Shown here: positions 50,201 through 62,200 of the stretch, piece by piece
Numbering within the stretch: the first letter of the stretch is position 1
How the letters are laid out: each line of letters begins with the position of its first letter
Origin: Bugula neritina
Taxonomy: Eukaryota > Animalia > Bryozoa
DNA: 64,000 nt
Direction of reading: 5' to 3'
Assembly: GCA_964035545.1 (NCBI GenBank)
Contig: OZ037770.1
Span: 4,992,662-5,056,661 of the forward strand
The notes under the pieces: generated by a model
The model's database searches: none
Told to the model about the DNA's origin: nothing
Seen by the model: the letters and a program-made list of their open reading frames with translations, nothing else
Translations under genes and position numbers: made by a program

Positions 50201-53200
50201 GCTGACTCAGTTAGAGAAACTAAACATAGCAGATAATCCTCTCAACACAGTACCAGAAGTTGTGTCATCTCTCACATCACTTGAAGAGTTGGATATGTGG
50301 AGCTGTAAATTATCTGCTCTACCTGAGAGGTTTGTTTGTCACAACAAGTTTTATATATCTGTTTTAACATTCAATAACTATTATTTTATAGCAATATTTC
50401 AACACAGTAAATACTATATTAAGATGCAAACCTGCAAACCTACATATGAATCTCACCGTTTCTGGGGATATTGTCAATTAGCACACTATCTATAGAAGTT
50501 TCCTCGACTTCACAAATTACTTTATAGCATTTCAATATTTTTTTGAAATGCTCACCATGATAGGTTGACTAGGCTTTTCTTCAGAAACCGTTTTATTAAC
50601 TCTTTTCATTATATTATAACTATAGCTACTTCTGTACACAAAATTAGTATTTATTATATTATTATACTTACACAATTTGTCATTGTTGTCTCATAAATCA
50701 GGGAACTATTTTCTTATATAACTTCTATAATGCCATCACATAGCAACATACTTGACTCAATCAACTGTATTGTGTAAAGGTTACAAGTAAAAGTAAATTA
50801 AAAAAATTCTTAGTGGATTATGTAGTATTTTTGATTTAAGGTAATTAGGTTATTCAAGTTCTACTTTTAATTATTTCGAAGTAAAAGATCTGGCATTATA
50901 TTGTAAACCAAAGAGAACAAAACAAACCATTCAATATTGCAACTTTGTCTTTTTTTCATGCTTCACTTTAGTTGTCTCTCTCCAATTATCAGTGTAAAAG
51001 AAACCAATTTTTATCCTATACCTGTTCTCAAGCAGCTTGTTAATATATTGTTTCATATTTAATTTACATTCCTAAGTTACAAATTAACCGACCTTTGAAA
51101 GTGTAACAGATTCCTGCGAGACTATGACTTTCCAGAGTTGTATTCTTTCATCGCGAAATAATTCACAACTTCTACTTTCTGTCTAAAAATATACTGCATT
51201 TATTAGAATACTTAGTGAGAAGTTGTGTCAGAAGTATTTTATTTTACTTGAAATTACTTTAATGCCTTATGCAGATGCCACAAAGCTGCAGCCTACCATG
51301 TTCCTATTTGCTGATAACTGTATTATGGCACATACTAGGAATTTTCTACTCTGTAGTATAAAATATTATTCCTTCTAATAGAATACCATTGTGAACAGTT
51401 ACTCAGTTATCTGCCATATAGAAAAAGATTTCTGTATAATAGTATTCTGTCTAGGGTGTGTTTTTATGACAGTACTTAGTACATATGTAGCACTTTTCTC
51501 ACCAAATATACACTTACAATTATACTGTTATATTATATATCTTCATAAAATACTTAAAATGTTATGCATCGTATATATATAATATGATACTTGTACATAT
51601 TTGTGACTTAGACATACTTGTTTTCTTTTCTTAATTAATGTACTAATTCAAGGTATTGTATATAAACTTGCTATAGTAACTGCAACTTAGTACTATATTA
51701 TGTGTTATTATTTGTCACAAAACTGTTGGTAGTAGTGTGACGAGTTCGAAAAGTCTGGTAGTCAGAAGTGTGTAGGCAAGTAGCATACAGCTTGCTAATC
51801 CAGTTGAGAGTAAATAGAGTTGTGAATATAAGTAGACTTTATTCCTCCAGTAAGATATGCACAGATGAACTTATGAAAATGAACTCATTTGTAAACACAA
51901 CTGCCTCAGTATTCATAGTAAACAAAAAAACTCTAGGACATTCTCAAGCATTCTAGTATAGAAAATTCTAGTAGAAAAAATTCCTTACATGCCAATACTA
52001 TTTAGATAGAAAATCAAAACAAAACAAAACATTGGAATTTCCATGGTTATTTCGCAATTATTGCGCAACACCTTGTTTACATTGCTGAGCAGTAGTTAAC
52101 ATGACTAACGAAAACAGTAACAATGAACAATGACCCATCTCTTTGATTAGTCTAGAATATTTATGAACATTCCTGTATAATCATTAGGAAAAACCCGGTA
52201 AGTCTATAGGTATATGTACACTCAGAATTTGTGACAACCCCCCATTCTAAGAGAAATTATCTTGATAATTTCTCCTTACTTCTTAAAATTCTGAGTCAAT
52301 TCGGCTTAGATAATCGGCTCCAACATTGTCATTTCCTTTGATTGACTTCACCTTGCTTCTGAAGTTCTGTAAATACATGGCCAATCTCATCACTCTGCTG
52401 TTTCTTACTATACAGATCCAACAAATTATCTTTGCATTCTTTTCTTTCCTCATCATGATCAATAATTCCAGTACCAGCAGCATCTAAAGTCATCACAGCT
52501 CCAACAGTCATAGGGTCGGTAGGCATCTCTCGCTAAAAATATTTCTTCAGCATGTTGGCATGGTGTGTTCTCCTCTTGCCTCTAATGTTGATAATGTAGT
52601 CACTCAGTCTGACTTTCTCCTCAATATTGAATGGTCCTTGCCAATGCATCAGCAATTTATTTCCATCCCTAGGTAGAAGAATAAGCACTTTGTCACCAGG
52701 TTTGAAGTCTCTCTGCTTGGCTTTCTTGTCAAAATAGTGTTTGTATCTTTTTTGACTGTCTTTCAGCGAAGCTAGTGCCATTTCCATCATGTCATCTAAA
52801 CGCTCTCTCAATTCAAAAACATGTTGATAGCAGGTCTTGACTTCATCGGCAGTGTCTTCTTTTGTCCAAAGTTGTCGCAGGATGTACATTGGTCCACGTA
52901 CAGTTCTTCCATAGAGTAACTCGAATGGGGCGAAGCCTGTTGATTCCTGTGGGACTTCTCTATATGCAAATAGAGCCGCATTGATGAATCGATGCCACTG
53001 TCTTGGCTCTTTAGCACACAACTTTTTTAACATACTTTTGAGGGTTTCGTTGAACTTTCCCACAAGTCCATTGGCCATCGCATGGTATGGTGAGGTAGGA
53101 AGTTGCCGCATGTCAAGTAATCTGGTAAACTCTTTCATGTAGTCCGAGATGAATTGAGTTCCTTGATCACTTATCACCTCCTCTGGTATCCCAACACGAC

Positions 53201-56200
53201 TGTACATGTCAAGCAGCGCTTCAGCTACAGTAGCTGAATCAATGTTCTTCAATGGTGTAGCATAGTCAACTAAAGTTAGGATGTAGCGGTGTCCTTTCTC
53301 ACTTGGAGGGTTAATTGGTCCGATTAGGTCTATTGCACATCTTTTGAATGGGGTGTCAATTAGTGGAGTTTCCTGTACTGGAACTTTCATGACTGAGCCT
53401 TTTTTCACCGTCTTCTGGCAAATGTCACATGACTGACAGAAACGTACGACATCTCCGTTTAGTCCTGGCCAGAAGAAGTTGGAAAGTACTCTATCAGTGG
53501 TTTTCTTTACTCCTAGGTGTCCGCTCATTATTCAGTCATGAGCTTTCTGAAAAACTTCCTTTCTCAGTGAACTGGGTACCATGAGTTGTTTAACAGGTTT
53601 TACACTGACAGACTTCGAGTCGGTGTACTCACGGTACAGAATCCTCTTCCTCACCACAAACCTAGTGGTGCATCCCTTTTTCTCCTTCACTTCTTTTGCA
53701 TCGAAGAAACGTTCCAATGTGGGGTCATCCCTCTGCAGTCTGGCTATCTCATCTTTCGCTATACTTAATGGGTTAGCATTTGAATCAATCATCAGTGGTT
53801 TGTCTCCTGACTTTTCTTTGACAGCTTGAGCTCTTGTGGTTACGGCGCAGTCCTTCCAGTTTTCTAGCAGCTGGTCAGCTGATCTTGCTCCATCCACATT
53901 CCCAATAAGCAGGTCACAAATCGTTTTGTCCATTACTGCAGCTTTGACAACACCATTGTAAAATGGTGAGCGCACTGAGATAAGTGCCCACTGAGCCTCC
54001 CTAACACTTGCATCAGCCATATTCAGATAAACTGATTCTCCAGTTAGGTATTGAGGTTGCACATACTGTGCATTGACTACAATGCAACCACAGCCGGTGT
54101 CGCGCATTACAGTAGCTCGTTGGCCATTAACTTCCGCATCAAATATCGCTGTGCCCCCATCTTTGAATTTAAGTCCATTCTTGCAGACAGCAGCGTTGAC
54201 AAACTTTTTACCATTAACTGTAATTTCCATAAGTTCTTCCACTTTAGATGAGATTCCTGGATCTGTGACCACAGTCTTATTCTGAGTAGTAGCTATTGCA
54301 GCAGCAGCATGCACTGACCTCCCACCATACTTTCTGCAGTCTGAAGTATTGTGGTTGTTCATCTTGCAATGTGAACAGTACTTCTTCCCTCTCTGTGGGC
54401 AGTTACGAGCAATGTGTGACTTATCTTTGCAGATGAAGCATGCCCCATAGCTTTTACTTCCTTGTTCAGCATTCATGCTACCGGCAGGTGTGTTTTCCAT
54501 CCTTTTTGTATTAGTTCTCTTTGTCTTTGCTAGTTTCCTTCTACGAGCGTGCAAGAACAGTGACGCTGCATCACACATATCCTCACTGCTGTTGTAGGAA
54601 CTATGCTTTAAATGCACAGCTAGGTCGTCTGGGCATGATGATACAAATTGTTCAGTCGCCACTAGTTTGGCTATGTCCATGCCCCCTGAAAGCTCCACCC
54701 ACTTGTGCACATAATTTTCTATCCTAGTGAACAGCTGGGCAGGGGTTTCATCCTTGTAAGCTTCTGCCTCTCTGAGCTTTTTTCTGTAGCCCTCTTGTGT
54801 CAAGTTAAAGCGCTCCAACAAGGCTTCTTTAATTTTTTTATAATCTCTACGATCAGGAAGGTGACAACCGGATGTAAGCTTCTGTTGCCGTACCCCATAG
54901 GTACTGACTGAGATGGTAGGGCCAATCTCCCTTGTCCCAGTTACATCCTTCGGCAACCCACTCGAATTGCTCTAAATAGCTATCCATTTCATCCACCTTC
55001 TCATCAAAGAATGGTATTTTTGGTTTTGGTTTGTTAGCTGTTTCTAACCTGGCGCTTTCATGTCTTGAGTGCTCCAAACTTGTGTTATCTTTCAGCTTTT
55101 CCATATCTAATTCATGTCGTTGTCTTCTCTCTTCTGCCTCCTGGTCAGCTTTTATCTTCATCTCCATTAAGGCTTTCTCATTTTCTTGCTTGATCCTTTC
55201 TGCCTCACGCTAATTTACGCTCCTCTCGGTCCTTATCTTTTTTCTCTCGGTCCTTTTCTTTTTCCTCTCGTGCCTTTTCTTTTTCCTCTTGTGCAGCAAC
55301 AATGGGTAGGTTCTTTTCAACAAAAGCTACGAGCTTTTCCTCCACCAAACCAAGATCTTTACCCATCTGTGTCACTCTCTCCAACAACGCCATGATGTCT
55401 CAACAACTGCTAATTAATCCTGTGTATGCTCACGTTGTAACAGATAATTTCTCTGTGTGCGACTGAGACTTCCCGGAGCAGCCCCCAATTGTCACAAAAC
55501 TGTTGGTAGTAGTGTGACGAGTTCGAAAGGTCTGGTAGTCAGAAGTGTGTAGGCAAGTAGCATACAGCTTGCTAATCTAGTTGAGAGTAAATAGAGTTGT
55601 GAATATAAGTAGACTTTATTCCTCCAGTAAGATATGCATAGATAAACTTTTAAAAATGAACTCATTTGTAAACACAACTGCCTCAGTATTTATAGTAAAC
55701 AAAAAAACTCTAGGACATTCTCAAGCATTCTAGTAGAAAACATTCCCCACATGCCAATACTATTTAGATAGAAAATCGAAACAAAACAAAGCATTGGAAT
55801 TTCCATGGTTATTTCGCAATTATTGCGCAACACCTTGTTTACATTGCTGAGCAGTAGTTAACATGACTAACGAAAACAGTAACAATGAACAATTAGTCTG
55901 GCAGAACTGGGGGTTAGGTTCGCAATCTCCGATAAAGTTTTTTTCTCTCTTGATTATTTATCTTGAGGGTCCAGGTAAATGTTTCCAGGTGGGTGTGGAC
56001 CCACCACCCTTGAGCATTTCGAGAAATCCAAGATGGCCGCCAATTATGGAAAAATTGTCATCTAATAGGCATAAAGTTTATATTATGTTGCAAAAACAAA
56101 AGTTTTTTGATGATTCAAATAGATGTGCATTTTTGGAATGAATATGTGCCATGCCAGTGCAAAATTAATCAAAGTTAAGAGCCAAGAGACATGTTGTTCA

Positions 56201-59200
56201 GCTAAAAAATCGAAATTGCTTCAATAAAACAATCACATATAGTGCAAAGAAATGATACAAGGTTTTTAAATAATTGTTTGGACAGATATATTAAGAAAAA
56301 CATTGCTTATTACCAGTGAATAGAAAGTGAAAAAGAGATACAGAGGCATATTGCTCAGCTAAAGTTGAAATGGAACATATTATATATATATAACCATACA
56401 GATGTGACAAACTTTAGCTCATGTTCATATTAAACACCTTTCTCATTTTTTTCTATCATTAGAATTTGTTAGAAATGTTAGTTCATTGCAGCACACTCCT
56501 GTTACTGCTTCACAAGGGCAGAACTCTGTGCATGGGATAGATGTACTAGAATAGCCATATCTCCTTGTTTTGCATGATTGTTGGCTTCCACAGGAGCATT
56601 TAATGAATTTGGGCCATTTTACTTTATTTAGCACACATCAGCAGATTATGATCAAAAATTTTAAAGTTTGCTCAAAATTCATGAAAACTTACTATATAGA
56701 GTAGTAGAATTTGCTAATTCTAACTATGCATAGCAAAAAAACTGGGAAGAGGCCTTGCAACATTTAAGCGCGGCGTCATGTCATACGAGCTAAATATATA
56801 TTTGTGAACCATCACGGTCTATATAATATCTCAATGTACTAATAAATTAGGAAAAAAACATAGAAAATCATGCAAAATTGGAAAAGCCTCAATTATTCAG
56901 TTTATTTGTTAAAATTTTAATAGTTTGAGACAAAAATCTATATACAATAGCAGCTAAATTGTAAAAAATCGCCAAAAACTAATATCATTGAGTGTACACC
57001 AAATTAAGTAAAATGATCTACTTCATAATACTGTCTGGTGTAAGCACAACATCATTTCCGACTCTTTTTGGGAAAAGAGATTCGATTAGATCTCTTTTCA
57101 CCTACCAATGTTCTAGTAGGTTTAATGCCGCAGTTTTATATGGCTCCTGGAGGTGTGCTCTGGTGACATTGTCCAATAGCTTTATCTGTAGGAGGCAAAG
57201 TACATAAGTTAAAGGCACATCGCAAATAGCATTGCTGACCTTAGTTTTCTAAGCTTTTTGTCTTGTAGATGTCATGGAAGAGCACTTTGCATAAGGGTAG
57301 CAACATAGCATAAACCTGGTAGCTTGTATGAATAGTCATCCTGAAAAGAAGCCCTAGTGTCACCAAATTACACTTTTCTTCTACCAAGACATTTAGTATG
57401 ACTCCCTTTCCAATATTTTACATTGTTGCCACTGTATCACACTCTGAGAGGTCATGGGACGGCAGCAAATTGTCTATTATAGGGATTTGTCTCAAACTTT
57501 CTCACCTAGTGTGCTGTGGTCTAGGATGGGTGGCAATTTTGCAGGGCACCAAGTGCTATCAGAGAGTGTCATCTGATTCTGTCGTCAAAATCTTTATCTG
57601 AAAGGCCACATTTCAGTATTTCATCCTTCATTAGATCCATTAACCGTTTCTTTGGCCTCCCTCTCTTTCTCTGTATCTTTATCTCAGCCACCATTATAAT
57701 ACACAGTTAGTTTAAGGTCATAACTTTCCACATTCAGGCACTGCTTTATGTTATATATAAACGGTTTCCAGGGGATAGCTCGAACAGTTTTTGTCTCACA
57801 TTAACAAATTTTACATGAAAAGATGGCTCTTGCATTCCTCTTTCATATACTTTTTTGATTTTTCAATAAAAAATTTTCTGAGAAAGTTGTTGCATAATAA
57901 GTAAAATTTTACACCCTCCATGTTCCACTGCTGTAGCACAGGGGATTCATTTTATAAAGTCTAAAAGTTAAACTTGACATTCCTTGATATGTTTTCTCTA
58001 ATATACTTTCTTTGTTTTTTGAAATTCTGTTTATGCTCTTCACAATTTGGTAAAAACATACACCATATTGCAAGTTTCACTGCAATTATCTAAATTCTTC
58101 ATATGGTGGTTCTAGCTACGCTCCTGTGACTAATTATAACATTCCTAGTACGTTTGCCGCTGTGTGCTATCACAATAACATATAGTACCCTCTCGCACAA
58201 ATTGGCAATCTATTGGATTTCTGCCAATATAATGTTCCCTGTTTTACATTAGCACTTAGCTGAATCATCTCACTATGTTACAATAATATATTGAAAATGC
58301 CTCAGCACAACATAATTCTTTGTTTGTTTGGCAGAGTTAATTTCAGCTAAATCACTTCACTTTGCAGTCTTGTCAGTAAAGGTTTCTCTAATTCACATAT
58401 GATTATTTTAAGTACATTGTATTCTATAAGATCATTTCAAGGTTTAGTCCAGTGTTCAGTATCTAATTATTATGCATGTATGTTGTCTTACTGGTGAACA
58501 AAAGTTAAAAAAAAACTTTACAATTATAGCCATATTTATTATACATGCGTAGGATTTGCATAAGTTGACAAAAAAATTGCAACAAATCAGGGTTGAACCA
58601 TGACCAACCAACTCGTCTCTGACGCCTCTAACGCCTCTAACCTCTGGACCACGCTGTGATCGTAAAAGCGGCGCGCATTATATGAGTAACTATCATTACA
58701 TAAATATTTCGCTCGCAAATGGGTTATAATTATTAGGCTGTCAATTCATGTTGATAGCAGTCAACTGTTGCAATAGTCTCGGGTTACTATCAAAGCTAAT
58801 GGTTTTGAACAAATAACCCAAAAGTTTAAAAATAAGTAGCTTGCGTATTACTAGCTACAAAAACAGGTCTGAAATAGACTGGTAAAGCAAGCTCTTATTG
58901 TAGAGTTTGCAGATGTGCTCTAAAATAAAACTTAAACTGTATGCTATTACATAAGTATTTGTATGCGAGAGATATAAATGGACATTACTGAGTTTCTGGA
59001 AAACAACATACTTGAAGTTAACTTTGACAATGGTGTTTTCTTTTCATCATAGCTAGCCTATAGCATAAATCTCTAATCATATGAATCTTTATGAAGCCCA
59101 CAGCTCATGTAAGGGTGGCAATGTAATTTGAAACGAACAATTATGTTGCTGCATTGTGTCTAAGGTATATTAGAGAGCAGAATTTGGTTTTACTAGCCTA

Positions 59201-62200
59201 CCCCAACGGCATTCTACAATGCAGCTTATATGCTGGCAGTTGTAATAAGTACTGCCAATAGCAAGGTTACTATCACTGCTAGCTCTGTGCAGTATGTAAC
59301 CTCTTGAATAATTGCGCCAATTTTAAACTCTTGGAAGTTGGCCAAGTTATCATATCGCAGCCAGCCACCGGAGACAAAGCATCAGACCTATTCATATAAT
59401 ATTATACTGATGCACTTGGTAGCAGAGTGGCTAATCTAATATAGTTCATAGTTCAACACCCTTTACTTTGGGAATACAGCCTCTTTTTTTAGGTTTACCT
59501 TACAAAGCATGAAAATATCTAAACTGATATTCTGATAATTTAGAGGTACATTTTGAAAACTAGGTTAATTGCACTTGTTTGCACAACAACAATAATAAAA
59601 TAGATATTATGCCGTATAATAAAAACACACATAATACTATATAATATATTATAATGATAATAATATAATATTATAAGTACCATTACTGCATTTTATAAAT
59701 CACATGGTTGCCAAAAAAATGTATCACAAATTTTGTAATTATACATCAAAACTAGAACTAGCTAGGCAGCAGGTTAGAATAGAGTAAATTTTTAAAACAT
59801 GAAATCATGATTTGACTATTGTTTTATTTAGGCCAACCAACCTAGGAATACAAGATTGGGTTTTAGCTGACAGTTTATTATAACATTTAGCTTTTGAGCC
59901 AGCAGCACTGGCACTTTTGAAGTATAGGCAAAGTTAGTGAAGCGAGACTAACAAGCACTCAAATACAAGGCATATTGAGACGCAATAACAAGTCAGGAGC
60001 GTATAAATTGATAAGAATGTGGAAGGGGGACTATGTTTTTCAACAAGCTATAACTTAAACATGAATTGGCTTTTGAAAAAAATAAAAAAGTATATTGGAG
60101 AACATAACTTTCTTTATCTTTTCATATTTTTTTTGTTCCTGTGACATTCAACCTGTTCGAGCTATCAGTGGAACATTGTTCATATAGAACATAAAGCACC
60201 TGGCAAAGAGCCAGAAAATGAAAAGTATGACCTTAAACTAACTGTGTATCTTTTTCCTATCCTTTCTGCGCACATGTCCACACCATTGAAGAGGTTTCCT
60301 CTTCGTGCCTATTGCGATGGTTTTTATTTTGGCCTCCTCTCTTATATTATCACATGTTACATGGTCTTCCCACTCTAAATTGTAAATGTGTCGAAGCATC
60401 CTCATCTCAGTTGCACTTATCTTGTCTTCTTGTCTTTGAGTCAGTGGCCATGTCTGATATCCATACATCAGTGTAGTTTTTATTGCCATCTTGGATAACA
60501 GAACCTCCAGCTTAGTGGAAATTTTCTTATCTTCTTGTCGCGGACTGTTCTGAAAACTCAATTTTCATAGATTTTTTTAAAATTGACTTGGTCTTAGTTT
60601 TTCTTATTTTCCCTGTTTCCTTGAATGTAGAAGGTGGCAATGCTGCAAGTTTATGAGCCATTAAAGAGTCCGCATCCAAATTCTTGGTCTGCTTGAGTAC
60701 AATGGTTCGGGCATATATGACTTCAGTATCATACACAGTGGTATTAAAAACCTTAATATGCCTTTGAGATGATACCATTGTCTTCACTTAAGATATACAA
60801 GGATTTATTTAACCCCTCCGACTAATTCACTTTAAATTCTTGTATAGATGCTTTACCTATAACAAAAATATTGTCAATAATTATTGCTGAATAACTGATG
60901 ACTTTCTCTGTTTCAATATTGACAAGAGCAGCTGGGTGGCATTCTTCTTTGAGTAAGACATTGCAGAGTTCAATCTTCTTTTTGACAAACCTTCTGTTCC
61001 TTGAATCAGATTAGATTCTTGATTGCATCTCTTCCTTATGAGTAGTGGAAGCATTTATTTCAGACTCATCTCTGATGTCACTGAGGCCTTACTGTATCTT
61101 GTTGCATGCAGATCGAAGTGCTATACACCCACACCTTGACAATTTCAGTTTTATTGGTGATGCCAATGGTTCCCCCTTGCTGTGGCCAAATCTCACGAAG
61201 GTCACCTCAATGGTCATGTTTGACCAGATGCCATTGAGCTGGCCGAGTTTATGATGCATTGTGTGATTACCAGCCACGAATTCAATCCTTACATCTTGTG
61301 GCATGATCTACATGCTATACAGATATAAATACATTTCCTCTTCCATTGCTAGGTGTAAGGCCCAGTCTCCTTCTCTATCAGCTATGATGTGGGTGTTGAT
61401 GGTAAAATTTGGTCTAATAAAGCACATGACCCACAGTTTTGCTGTTCTTGAGCTCTCTGAAATCTTAGTCAACATCTTTTCAAGGTTCTCCATGCTAGTG
61501 ATTACACTTTCATCAAAGACTGGCTTCAACAGCTCTCCCACCAATATTCTCAGGCCCAGTACATTCTGGGAAGACTTTTTTTATTTAGCATTTTGGGGAA
61601 ACTGCCAAAAGTAGAATTAAATACTTTTACCAAATCCGTTTCAACCATTAGTGTTCCATTACACTGAACATAGGTCATTAAAGTGGAAAAATTAGTTGTA
61701 ATTTTTTATGAAAGGAGGTTGGTATGAAAAAGGTAGGGAACCATTGTTCTAATGGATGTATCACTTCCCCCAGCATAAAATAGATTCTTATTCATAAAAA
61801 AAACTGTTTACAAATGTTTTTAGAGATAAAGTCATATGTGCTGATTGTAGAAGGAGTTTTTGAAAGCAAAAATGTCAATATTTAGATAAATGATGTGTCA
61901 ATAATAATGCAATTAAATTATGTTAAGAAGTCATGGTGTTGTGTTATTAAGGTTGTTGGCCCCTTTTTCTAACTTTAAAAAACATGGCTAAAGTTTTAAA
62001 ACTGAAAATAACTTTTAAATTGGCAGCTCAACAAACCTTTTTGATAGGCATGCTAGTTTGAAACAAATTGCTATTTAGCACACATGACAATGGCGTTGCA
62101 TTTCAATTTTGCAGAACCGCCTTTAGTTTTATTTGTTGGACATATTTGTAATCAGCATTTAAAATTACCCCATACAGTAAATTTTCATGAATTTAGAACA

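Larger units (their letters stand above)
39590..50329 (+). repeat. Tandem array of 18 LRR cassette exons (two 23-aa LRRs each) with their duplicated introns
   Basis: Exons (type): 39590-39727 A, 40177-40314 B, 40747-40884 D, 41308-41445 A, 41894-42031 B, 42896-43033 C, 43461-43598 D, 44022-44159 A, 44609-44746 B, 45185-45322 C, 45752-45889 D, 46313-46450 A, 46900-47037 B, 47902-48039 C, 48467-48604 D, 49028-49165 A, 49615-49753 B (139 nt), 50192-50329 C/unique. All have a CAG acceptor and an AG|GTTTGT donor. Consensus SLCQLTQLEKLxIxxNPLNxxPEVVSSLTSLxELxMxxCxLSTLPE. Confidence 0.95.

Noticed and set aside
39590-50329. CRISPR-like or prokaryotic repeat-spacer reading of the array
   Set aside because: The repeats are protein-coding exons with splice sites, the intervening sequences are themselves repeated introns, and no cas genes are present.
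40112-50495. ORF-track proteins such as MYSVYYYDTVNY...FVEHSLSCFKHSIIHMLI as standalone genes
   Set aside because: Only the central 46 codons are exonic; the flanks are intron read-through.
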